A stretch of 64,000 nucleotides of DNA from an uncultured Acidobacteriota bacterium (lineage in GTDB: Bacteria > Acidobacteriota > Vicinamibacteria > Vicinamibacterales > UBA2999), in the NCBI GenBank assembly GCA_963772955.1, contig CAVYZF010000001.1, forward strand, positions 147,860-211,859, read 5' to 3'. A program made the translations under genes and the position numbers. Below, piece by piece: positions 16,596 to 23,801 of this stretch; position 1 is the stretch's first letter, and every line of letters starts with the position of its first letter. The notes under the pieces were generated by a model that was not told where the DNA came from, searched no databases, and saw nothing but the letters and a program-made list of their open reading frames with translations.

Positions 16596-17095
16596 CGACG
16601 CCGGCCTCCCTTGGATGGCGGTCTGGGTCCCGGCCGGCGGCTCCGCGAGTCATCGGTGCGTGGCCGCTTAGTGCGCGGGTCGTCAGCCCGCGGACGGTCG
16701 GTTTGTGGGCGGTCGGCTCGCGGACGCCCCTCAGGCTTGTGTCTCTGACGATCGGTCGACTCCTGCGCGGGCCCGCCATGCTTCCGATCGAACCGTTGCT
16801 GACGACGAGCCTGGTTGCGCTCCCGCTTTTGCTTCTTGAACGGCTCCCGTGGATCGCGATGCGCTCCGCCGGGTCGCCAGTCGCGTCCGCGTGGTTCTGC
16901 GGGTTTTTGAAAGGCGCTTTCCGCCTCCTTTGGAGACGTCCACAGCTTCCCGCGCTGGAACCACTTCATCTCGGCATCTGGATGCCGTTCCTGCAAGCGA
17001 CGGAGCGTCGGCAAAAGATCGTCGTGCTCGGCCGAGCGAAACGACGTCGGTAATCCTCCGGCGAGAATCGTCCAGTACGAAAAGCGTGGTGGCAT
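16592..17095 (-). CDS. Hypothetical protein: compact N-terminal domain plus strongly basic Arg/Pro/Asp repeat tail
   Basis: 167 aa. The tail contains RPRADRPQTD / RPRADDPRTK / RPRTDDSRSR-type repeats. The start lies 4 nt from the stop of the NtrC-type regulator gene, and the stop overlaps the start of the Dabb gene, so the arrangement looks operonic. No family was recognised. Confidence 0.4.
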   Translation of the reverse strand: MPPRFSYWTILAGGLPTSFRSAEHDDLLPTLRRLQERHPDAEMKWFQRGKLWTSPKEAESAFQKPAEPRGRDWRPGGAHRDPREPFKKQKRERNQARRQQRFDRKHGGPAQESTDRQRHKPEGRPRADRPQTDRPRADDPRTKRPRTDDSRSRRPGPRPPSKGGRRR

Positions 17096-17098
17096 TGG

Positions 17099-18586
17099 TT
17101 ATTGCTGTCCGAATCTTTTGAGTTTTTCGACGAGCGTCGTCCGCTTGATGTGAAGAAGTTCAGCGGCGCGATTTCGGTTTCCGCCGGTGCGATCGAGCGA
17201 ACGCTGAATCAGCTCACGCTCGATCGCTGCGAGATAGCCTGGCAGATCGAGTCCATCCTCAGGGAGTTCGACGAATGGCGCCTGCGTCGACGGTGGAGCC
17301 ACGTGCACTTCCGTGGGGAGATCCGTCAACTCGATCTGCAGTCGTCCAGCGCTCAGAGCGACAGCGCGCTCGACAGCATTCTCGAGTTGTCGAACATTCC
17401 CCGGCCACGGATACGCCATGAGCGCGCGCATCCCATCCTGTGAGACTTGCATAGCGGATGTTGGAGAGAACTTCTCCAGGAAATGTTGCGCGAGCACTGG
17501 AATGTCCTCGCGACGATCGCGAAGCGGCGGTAGCTGCACTGGAATCACGTGGAGCCGGTAGTAGAGATCTTCTCGAAAAGAACCCTCAGCAACCATCTTC
17601 GCAAGGTCGGAGTTCGTTGCTGCAATGACACGAACATCGACCTTGATCGTCTGGCTGTCACCGACTCGCTCGAACTCTCGTTCCTGCAACGCACGCAACA
17701 GCTTGGTCTGCAGCGCACTGCTCATCGTTCCCACTTCGTCGAGAAAGAGCGTGCCCTTGTGCGCTTGCTCGAACCGGCCCTGGCGCGCGCCGACCGCGCC
17801 CGTGAAGGCGCCACGAACGTGGCCAAACAACTCCGCCTCGAGAAGCGTTTCCGGAATCGCGCTGCAGTTCAGAGCGACAAAACGATGTGTGCGCCGGGCG
17901 CTGTTGTGGTGAATGGCGCGCGCGACGACCTCTTTGCCAGTACCGGTTTCTCCAGTAATCAGAATCGTGCTGTTCGACCGCGCAACGGTCTCGAGCAGAT
18001 GAAAGAGTTTCTGCATCGGCCGGCTGCGCCCCAGGATGCCGCCAAACTGGTAACGTTCTTCGAGTTGAGAGCGGAGATACGCATTCTCCGAGCGCAGTCG
18101 ACGCTGTTCGAGAGCTTTCTGCAGCACGTGGAGGAGTTCGTCGAACTGGAACGGCTTGGCGACAAAGTCAGATGCCCCCCGCTTGATGGCATCAACAGCA
18201 TCCTTCACCGTGCCGAAGCCAGTAATGACGATCGCGACGATGCTGGGATAGCGGTCCCGGGCAGCCTCGATGACACGGGAGCCGTCGATGCCCGGCAGGC
18301 GCAAGTCAGTGATGACGATATCGAAGGCGAACTGTTCGAGCAGTTCCAGGGCTCGTTCACCGCTGTCAGCCTGAACGACCTCGAAGCCGCGCTCCGCCAG
18401 CCGCTCCGCCATCAGGCCGCGTAGCGTGGCCTCGTCGTCGACGATAAGCAGATGAGGCGCGGCGCCCGGGGATTGCAAGGTGCCAATATCTTGACACAGC
18501 GCAAACCTAACGATCAGTCGGGACTGACCGATACAGCAAATGAAGCAATGCGGCGGGCCAAGTGGCTCGCAGTGACCAACTAACAA
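17099..18586 (-). CDS. NtrC-family sigma-54-dependent response regulator (REC-AAA+-Fis HTH)
   Basis: Receiver (LLIVDDE...DIVITDLRLPG...AKPF). AAA+ domain (GETGTGKE, GAFTGA, LFLDEVG). Fis-type HTH (NRNRAAELLHIKRTTLVEKLKRFG). The first ~36 aa of the ORF look non-native, and the real start is probably downstream, for example in-frame TTG at 18478 (MQSPGAAPHLLIVDDE). Confidence 0.9.
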   Translation of the reverse strand: MLVGHCEPLGPPHCFICCIGQSRLIVRFALCQDIGTLQSPGAAPHLLIVDDEATLRGLMAERLAERGFEVVQADSGERALELLEQFAFDIVITDLRLPGIDGSRVIEAARDRYPSIVAIVITGFGTVKDAVDAIKRGASDFVAKPFQFDELLHVLQKALEQRRLRSENAYLRSQLEERYQFGGILGRSRPMQKLFHLLETVARSNSTILITGETGTGKEVVARAIHHNSARRTHRFVALNCSAIPETLLEAELFGHVRGAFTGAVGARQGRFEQAHKGTLFLDEVGTMSSALQTKLLRALQEREFERVGDSQTIKVDVRVIAATNSDLAKMVAEGSFREDLYYRLHVIPVQLPPLRDRREDIPVLAQHFLEKFSPTSAMQVSQDGMRALMAYPWPGNVRQLENAVERAVALSAGRLQIELTDLPTEVHVAPPSTQAPFVELPEDGLDLPGYLAAIERELIQRSLDRTGGNRNRAAELLHIKRTTLVEKLKRFGQQ

Positions 18587-18617
18587 CGGCCGTCACCAGG
18601 AGGCCTGTGAGAGTTAT

Positions 18618-18836
18618 ATGGACCGCCAGACCCTTTCGATTATGAAGGCGTGCGAAGCAGTCGGAGTGAGCCGACGCACGATCTACAACTGGATTTCCGC
18701 AGGTAAGGTCGAGTACGTGCGAACGGCCGGAGGATCCATCCGGATCTTCGCAGACACGCTGTGGCGTGACGCGGCTGCGCCGGCACGTCCCGAGGAGGCT
18801 GATGACTCCCGGGCCGCGTCCGGATCGCACGTGTGA
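18618..18836 (+). CDS. Small excisionase/MerR-like helix-turn-helix DNA-binding protein
   Basis: LSIMKACEAVGVSRRTIYNWISAGKVEYVRTAGGSIRIF matches the HTH_17/excisionase-family pattern. 72 aa. The stop overlaps the GTG start of the next ORF (GTGTGA). Confidence 0.6.
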   Translation: MDRQTLSIMKACEAVGVSRRTIYNWISAGKVEYVRTAGGSIRIFADTLWRDAAAPARPEEADDSRAASGSHV

Positions 18837-19072
18837 CAGGGCCTCAGACAACCCTCGGCGAAGCCGATTCTCAGTCTGGTCTCGACCTTCAGGCGCTATT
18901 TCACCGCCTGAATAACCAACTGGGAGTCCTTTTGGCGCAGGCAGAGTTGCTTGAAGCCAAGGCCGCGGACGATGCGAATCGTGTGCGGGCGACCCAGATG
19001 GTGAGCAGCACGCTCGCGGCTCTCGGCACTGTTCGAGAGATCCGTCAGCGAACGGAAACGACGGCGAGCTGA
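18833..19072 (+). CDS. 79-aa two-helix DHp/HisKA-like protein (H-box FHRLNNQL) lacking any ATPase domain
   Basis: ALFHRLNNQLGVLLAQAELLE parallels the H-box of the neighbouring kinase (VAHELNNPLATILSWAERLSE). A second predicted helix follows (ANRVRATQMVSSTLAALGTVREIRQ). The gene is coupled to the upstream HTH gene. Confidence 0.45.
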   Translation: MTGPQTTLGEADSQSGLDLQALFHRLNNQLGVLLAQAELLEAKAADDANRVRATQMVSSTLAALGTVREIRQRTETTAS

Positions 19073-19095
19073 CAGTCCTACGCACTACCTCCCGA

Positions 19096-19130
19096 AAGGG
19101 CCGGCCCTCAGACCGGCCCTTCTTCAATTC
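19096..19130 (+). terminator. Rho-independent-type terminator after the HTH/DHp pair
   Basis: A 9-bp GC-rich stem AAGGGCCGG / CCGGCCCTT with an 8-nt loop, followed by the T-rich stretch TCTTCAATT. It begins 24 nt after stop 19072. Confidence 0.6.
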
Positions 19131-19342
19131 CCAGCAGCAAATCAAGAAACGTAATTCGAGTGTCAGCTTCTTGGCGAGCCATGTTGGCGTTTCGTCAATG
19201 ATTTGGCGATCGTGGGCGCTCTCTACCTCCGCGAGATGCCGTGGCTGGAGACGGAATAACTCATCCAACTGCCTATATTCACAGCAACTTACAGGCGCCT
19301 TCGTCACGCAGTTGCACTGAGATGCGCGTCGATTCGCCCCCC

Positions 19343-19357
19343 TGGTACCGCGGTTGC
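19343..19357 (+). promoter_or_regulatory. Candidate sigma-54 promoter TGGTAC-N5-TTGC in front of the fliA-like gene
   Basis: TGGTACCGCGGTTGC has GG and GC at exact canonical spacing. The predicted start is near 19369, just upstream of GGAGG (19371-19375) and the ATG at 19384. Confidence 0.5.
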
Positions 19358-19383
19358 CTTACATGGCGCCGGAGGTCACATTC

Positions 19384-20394
19384 ATGCGCCCCCAGACAGT
19401 TTCTGAGAATCCGCGCGTTATCGCCAGCATCCCGTTCGTAGAACAACTCGCTCGACGTGTCGCGGCCACGATGCCCCACTCGATCGACATCGGAGATCTT
19501 GTCCAAGACGGTGTCATTGGGCTCATCGACGCCGCGCATCGTTTCGACGAGGCGCGCGGTATCAAGTTCGAGACGTTCGCTGAACGTCGCATCAGGGGCG
19601 CGATGATTGACGCTCTGCGGAAGGACGCCTGGCCACGTGGCGTTCGCCGCCAGCGCCGCGAGCTCGAAGCGGCACGTGAAGAACTGCGACGGGAGTTGGG
19701 CCACGAGCCGTCCCTGGCGGACCTCGCCGCGAAAGTCGGGTCTGACGAAAAACGCCTTGGCCGGACCATCGTCCGCATCAACGCGATTGAGTCGACCTCG
19801 CCGCTGGCGAACAACGATCACGTCGACGAATCGACGCTTCCGACAGCCCTCATCCCCTCAGAACCGGAGCAGCCGGATGCCGCCTACGAGCGACAGGAAA
19901 CCAGGGACCGGGTGTGCGCCGCAATCGCGTCGCTGCCGCCCCGCGAGCAGAAGGTGATCGGTCTTTACTACTACGGCGAAGCGACGATGAAGCAGATTGG
20001 CGCCGAAATCGGTGTCAACGAATCGCGCGTGTCCCAGTTGCATGCGCGCGCCATTCGTCGTCTGCGTGATGCGCTCGCGGCAATGATGCCGGGTGCTGAG
20101 ATCGCCAAGGTGATGCGGAGCGCGATCCTTGAGTTCCAGAAGCCGCGCATGGCGAAGGCAACGCTCGAAAGCCGAAGCTCGGTCAACGATGGCGTGAGCC
20201 GCCCTGGTGTGGTTGTGAACTACGCCAGCGCTTCGCGAACGCTGCGCAGCAAGTCGCCCAACCGAAAGGGTTTGGAGAGCCAGCGGCAGCCGCTCTCTTC
20301 GAGGAAACGTTCGGCATCCGCTCCGGCCACGTCGCCTGTCACGAAGATGACGCGGCGGGCCAACACCGGACTCGCGGCCGCGATTGCCCGGTAA
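19384..20394 (+). CDS. fliA: FliA/WhiG-type (sigma-28 family) RNA polymerase sigma factor with unusual C-terminal extension
   Basis: Region 2 is DLVQDGVIGLIDAAHRFD...FETFAERRIRGAMIDALR. Region 4.2 is ATMKQIGAEIGVNESRVSQLHARAIRRLR. The track ORF starts at TTG 19354. I prefer ATG 19384 because GGAGG lies 8 nt upstream. The first in-frame stop is at 20392-20394, about 100 aa past the normal end of region 4.2 and 175 nt inside the convergent kinase gene. Confidence 0.75.
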   Translation: MRPQTVSENPRVIASIPFVEQLARRVAATMPHSIDIGDLVQDGVIGLIDAAHRFDEARGIKFETFAERRIRGAMIDALRKDAWPRGVRRQRRELEAAREELRRELGHEPSLADLAAKVGSDEKRLGRTIVRINAIESTSPLANNDHVDESTLPTALIPSEPEQPDAAYERQETRDRVCAAIASLPPREQKVIGLYYYGEATMKQIGAEIGVNESRVSQLHARAIRRLRDALAAMMPGAEIAKVMRSAILEFQKPRMAKATLESRSSVNDGVSRPGVVVNYASASRTLRSKSPNRKGLESQRQPLSSRKRSASAPATSPVTKMTRRANTGLAAAIAR

Positions 20395-21893
20395 AGAGCC
20401 ATCCCGTCGACTCTGGGCATCTTCAAGTCGCAGATGACCACGTCGTAGCTACTCTGACGCACGCGGGCGAGGGCTTCCTCGCCGTCGCCCGCGTGATCAA
20501 CCTGAAGTCCCGCATCAATCAACGCTTCGCTCACCGCCAGAGCGAGCGCACGTTCATCCTCGACCAATAGAACCGACGCGCCTCGGGCCAGGTCGCCGTT
20601 CGATGGCGACGCACGTCGAGGCTTGGGCAGCGATTCCGCCGTACTCACCGGCAAATCGACGGTGAAAGAAGCGCCACCGTCCGGAGACGAGTCAACTCGA
20701 ATGCTGCCGCCGTGTTCCTGGACGATGGCGTAGGCGACGGTGAGACCGAGTCCAGTTCCCTTCCCCGTCTCCTTCGTCGTGAAAAACGGATCGAAGATCT
20801 TGCTCTTCACCTCTGGCGGAATCCCGGGTCCATCGTCGCTGACCTGCAGGACGACGGCCTCGTGCTCGACGTCGTGCCATGTGCGAATCACAAGCGAGCC
20901 GCGACCGTTGGCGGCGAGCATCGCCTGTTCTGCGTTGATGACGAGATTCAGGAGGACCTGCTGGATCTGATGCGCGTCAGCGAACACTGGAGGTAAGCCA
21001 GAGGCGAGCGCTGATAGCACCTCGATGTTGATCGCTCGCTGCTCGTACGGTCGCAGGGCGATCGTCTCGCGGACGACTTGATTGAGATCAATCAGGGAGC
21101 GCGTGGATTGTCGCTTTCTGGCGAAGGTCAGGAGATTTCGAACGATCCTCGCCGCGCGCTCTGATTCACCGAGGATAACGTCGAGACCGCGCCGAGTGGT
21201 ATCGTCCGTCGCCTTTTCGGAGAGACGCTCTGCCCAGCTGAGAATTGTGGCCAGAGGATTGTTCAGTTCGTGGGCGACGCCTGAGATCGTCTGGCCGAGC
21301 GCCGCCATTTTCTCTGCCTGCAGCAACTGTTGATAGAGGTCACGGGACTGATCGTCGAGTCGTTTGCGTTCGCTCACGTCCCTCAGCAGCGCCTCGACTC
21401 TAACCGCTGTGCTTCGACCGACCCGATCGGCTCGAGCAGTGACTTCGACCCACACCGACTCGCCGTCGCTCCTCTTCAGCCGAAGCAGATAGTCGGTGAC
21501 GGACCCCTCGTTCACGAGTCGAGTCAGGAATGCTGTGCGCGCGGACGCATCGACGAAGCACTCCGGCCGGAAAAGGACGACTTCTTCCTCGGGCGTTTCC
21601 GGCGGCAAGCCGAGCATGATCTTGAGGTGCGGATTGATGGCGAGGGTCGTTCCGCCGGTCGCGTCAGGAAGACGACCGAGCGTACCGATGTACACGCCCT
21701 CGTGTACAGCCTCGAAGAAGCGCGCGAACGCGGTGGCACGTTGCCGATCGGGAATCTGTCTCGAGCCAGCCGCCACGACGGACCGATTATAGGCGGCGTT
21801 CGCGCCCGCCGCAGAGCGTAGGGCTTGGGTGTTGGCCGCGACGGCGGGAAGCACTCGTGATTGCCGTTGTGTCCCATACGTTCGCACCCGCAT
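20220..21893 (-). CDS. Hybrid sensor histidine kinase (PAS-like, HisKA, HATPase_c, C-terminal receiver)
   Basis: H-box ISGVAHELNNPLATI; ATPase boxes LNLVINAEQA, DDGPGIP and GKGTGLGLTVA. The receiver reads VLLVEDE...DVVICDLKMP...SKPF. No HPt domain is present. Confidence 0.85.
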   Translation of the reverse strand: MRVRTYGTQRQSRVLPAVAANTQALRSAAGANAAYNRSVVAAGSRQIPDRQRATAFARFFEAVHEGVYIGTLGRLPDATGGTTLAINPHLKIMLGLPPETPEEEVVLFRPECFVDASARTAFLTRLVNEGSVTDYLLRLKRSDGESVWVEVTARADRVGRSTAVRVEALLRDVSERKRLDDQSRDLYQQLLQAEKMAALGQTISGVAHELNNPLATILSWAERLSEKATDDTTRRGLDVILGESERAARIVRNLLTFARKRQSTRSLIDLNQVVRETIALRPYEQRAINIEVLSALASGLPPVFADAHQIQQVLLNLVINAEQAMLAANGRGSLVIRTWHDVEHEAVVLQVSDDGPGIPPEVKSKIFDPFFTTKETGKGTGLGLTVAYAIVQEHGGSIRVDSSPDGGASFTVDLPVSTAESLPKPRRASPSNGDLARGASVLLVEDERALALAVSEALIDAGLQVDHAGDGEEALARVRQSSYDVVICDLKMPRVDGMALYRAIAAASPVLARRVIFVTGDVAGADAERFLEESGCRWLSKPFRLGDLLRSVREALA

Positions 21894-22022
21894 TAACAGG
21901 AAACGTGTATCCAGCGAGATCCCATCGGCTGGGATGGTGGTCGATCTGGGCCGGTTGGGCCGGGATGCAGGGCGTTCGGGCTACCGCCGATAAGCCGGGA
22001 AGCAGGTAGACCGCGCCGGGAC

Positions 22023-23273
22023 ATGCCCCGGCGAGCAATTTCGGCCGGGAATCGGCCGATCCATCTGGTGCGAGGATCCATGCGATTGGTGGGGCGCAAC
22101 GACATAGTCCTCATCGGAGGGCTGACGGCGGCGCTGTTCATTAGCTTTGCCGGCCCGTTGTCCAATTTCCTCGACTACGTGCGGGAAATCGAGGCGACAC
22201 GGGGTCTGCACCTGCTGCCAGCGCTGTTCATCCTCGCGACGATCTTCAGCATCCATCAACTTCGCAAGCGCCAGGAGATGCGCGACGAAGCGCAGACCGT
22301 CGCTCGCTCCGCGAAGGAAGCCACCGAACGCGCATCGGAAATGTCACGGCTCGTGGCGTTTGGCCATGCGCTCGCCCGGTCGATGGACACGGAGTCGAGC
22401 GACGCCATCCGCGATGTTGCCGCCGCTCAAGTCCCAATGCTTGCGCCCGGTCGCAGCGCCTGGGTGATGACGCGAACGCGCGGCGGCCACTGGGAATCCC
22501 TGATGGCTGTCGGCGAATCCTCACCTGCGGAGCGCGAAGGCGCCGCACGCCGCGCGCTCGGCGAAGCCGAGCCACTGATCGGCACAGTGTCAGGAGAGAT
22601 TTGTTTCCCGATGATCGTTGCGGGTACGCCCGAAGGCGTGCTCGGTGTTGCGCCGGAGCCCCCACTCACCGATCACCAGCGCAGCATTCTGAGTGCGGCA
22701 GCGGCGCTGCTGGCCGTGTCGCTCAAGAACTCTCAGTTGTTCCGCGAGGTCCGCGAAAACAGCGTGCGCGATGGATTGACCGGATGCTTCAATCGCGGCC
22801 ACGCGCTCGAAGTGCTCGATGCGGAGATTCGGCGCGCCCGACGGTCCAAGCTTCCACTGTCGCTCATCATGTTCGATCTCGACAACTTCAAGGGGATCAA
22901 CGACCGGCACGGACATCTGTGTGGAGATGCCGTTCTCGCGGCGATTGGTGCGCGCATGAAGTCGGATCTCCGTGGCAGCGATCTGAAGTGCCGGTACGGT
23001 GGCGACGAGTTCATGGTCATCCTGCCGGACACGCCGCTTGGAGGCGCCAGGCAGGTCTCGGAGAATCTCCGTCAGGCGATGGAATCACACCCGCTCACAT
23101 GGAACAGCGAGCAGGTGAGAATCACGGCAAGTTTCGGCGTCGCCGTCGTGAACCCGACCGATCAGGATCCACTGGCTGCGCTCGCGCGAGCCGATGCAGC
23201 GCTCTATCGCGCCAAAGAGCGTGGCCGGAACGACGTGCAGGTGGAAGAGCAGCCGCCCGCGCTGGTCTCTTAG
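22023..23273 (+). CDS. Membrane-anchored GGDEF diguanylate cyclase (GGDEF active site, RxxD I-site)
   Basis: Two N-terminal hydrophobic segments, a GAF-like middle region, and a GGDEF domain with DGLTGCFNRGH, IMFDLDNFKGINDRHGH and RGSDLKCRYGGDEFMVILPDT. The start is uncertain; an alternative Met (MRLVG...) lies near 22080. Confidence 0.85.
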   Translation: MPRRAISAGNRPIHLVRGSMRLVGRNDIVLIGGLTAALFISFAGPLSNFLDYVREIEATRGLHLLPALFILATIFSIHQLRKRQEMRDEAQTVARSAKEATERASEMSRLVAFGHALARSMDTESSDAIRDVAAAQVPMLAPGRSAWVMTRTRGGHWESLMAVGESSPAEREGAARRALGEAEPLIGTVSGEICFPMIVAGTPEGVLGVAPEPPLTDHQRSILSAAAALLAVSLKNSQLFREVRENSVRDGLTGCFNRGHALEVLDAEIRRARRSKLPLSLIMFDLDNFKGINDRHGHLCGDAVLAAIGARMKSDLRGSDLKCRYGGDEFMVILPDTPLGGARQVSENLRQAMESHPLTWNSEQVRITASFGVAVVNPTDQDPLAALARADAALYRAKERGRNDVQVEEQPPALVS

Positions 23274-23746
23274 CGAAGGGTTTCTTCGGGCGTCGCGCGT
23301 ACCGTTGGTCCGAGCGCGAACGTCATCGTTCCATCAACAACGACGCGACCGTCCACGCGCGCAAACCCGTGAAGCTGGCCGACACGGCTGCGCAGGCTCT
23401 TGACCTTTGCCTCTATCTCGACGACATCCCCCGCGTAGACCGGTCGTCTGAAGCGAACTCGCTCGATGCCTCTGAAGAGAGGAATTCGTCCGCGGTTCTC
23501 GGCCTTCGACAGAATCAGAATCGCCCCGACCTGCGCGATGCACTCCGTCAGGATCGTCGGGGGAAGCGCGGGCCGCTCTCCGGGCTGATGTGCCAGATAG
23601 CGTTCGTTCAGCGAAACGTTCTTGATTCCCACGATCCGCTTGTCCGGCTCGAGCTCAGTGATGCGATCCACCAGCAGGAACGGATAGCGATGCGGGAGGA
23701 TGCTCTCGATGACGGCGTTATCCAGCGGGAGATTCAGAGGATCCAT
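23270..23746 (-). CDS. fabZ: 3-hydroxyacyl-ACP dehydratase FabZ
   Basis: LPHRYPFLLVDRI...IVGIKNVSLNE...PPTILTECIAQVGAIL is the hot-dog fold signature. I trimmed the track ORF (to 23914) to the ATG at 23746 (MDPLNLPLD...), because the upstream part is Arg/Ser-rich junk and would overlap the divergent gene. Confidence 0.85.
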   Translation of the reverse strand: MDPLNLPLDNAVIESILPHRYPFLLVDRITELEPDKRIVGIKNVSLNERYLAHQPGERPALPPTILTECIAQVGAILILSKAENRGRIPLFRGIERVRFRRPVYAGDVVEIEAKVKSLRSRVGQLHGFARVDGRVVVDGTMTFALGPTVRATPEETLR

Positions 23747-23801
23747 TGCCTGCCCAGTATAATTCGCATGCCCGCCGACTGTCGGCCTGTTCGAGCCATC
23801 G

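Noticed and set aside
17549-18424. 291-aa plus-strand ORF
   Set aside because: It is antisense to the NtrC-type regulator gene, whose REC, AAA+ and HTH motifs are unambiguous. No motifs of its own were seen.
18545-18560. TGGCCC-N6-TTGC on the minus strand upstream of the NtrC-type regulator gene
   Set aside because: The -24/-12 spacing is one nucleotide too long. Sigma-54 promoters are strict about this spacing. It is worth a look only if experimental 5' ends point here.
18618-18836. Excisionase-family HTH gene as a marker of a prophage or integrative element
   Set aside because: No integrase, att-like direct repeats, tRNA target or phage/conjugation genes lie nearby. The context is purely regulatory.
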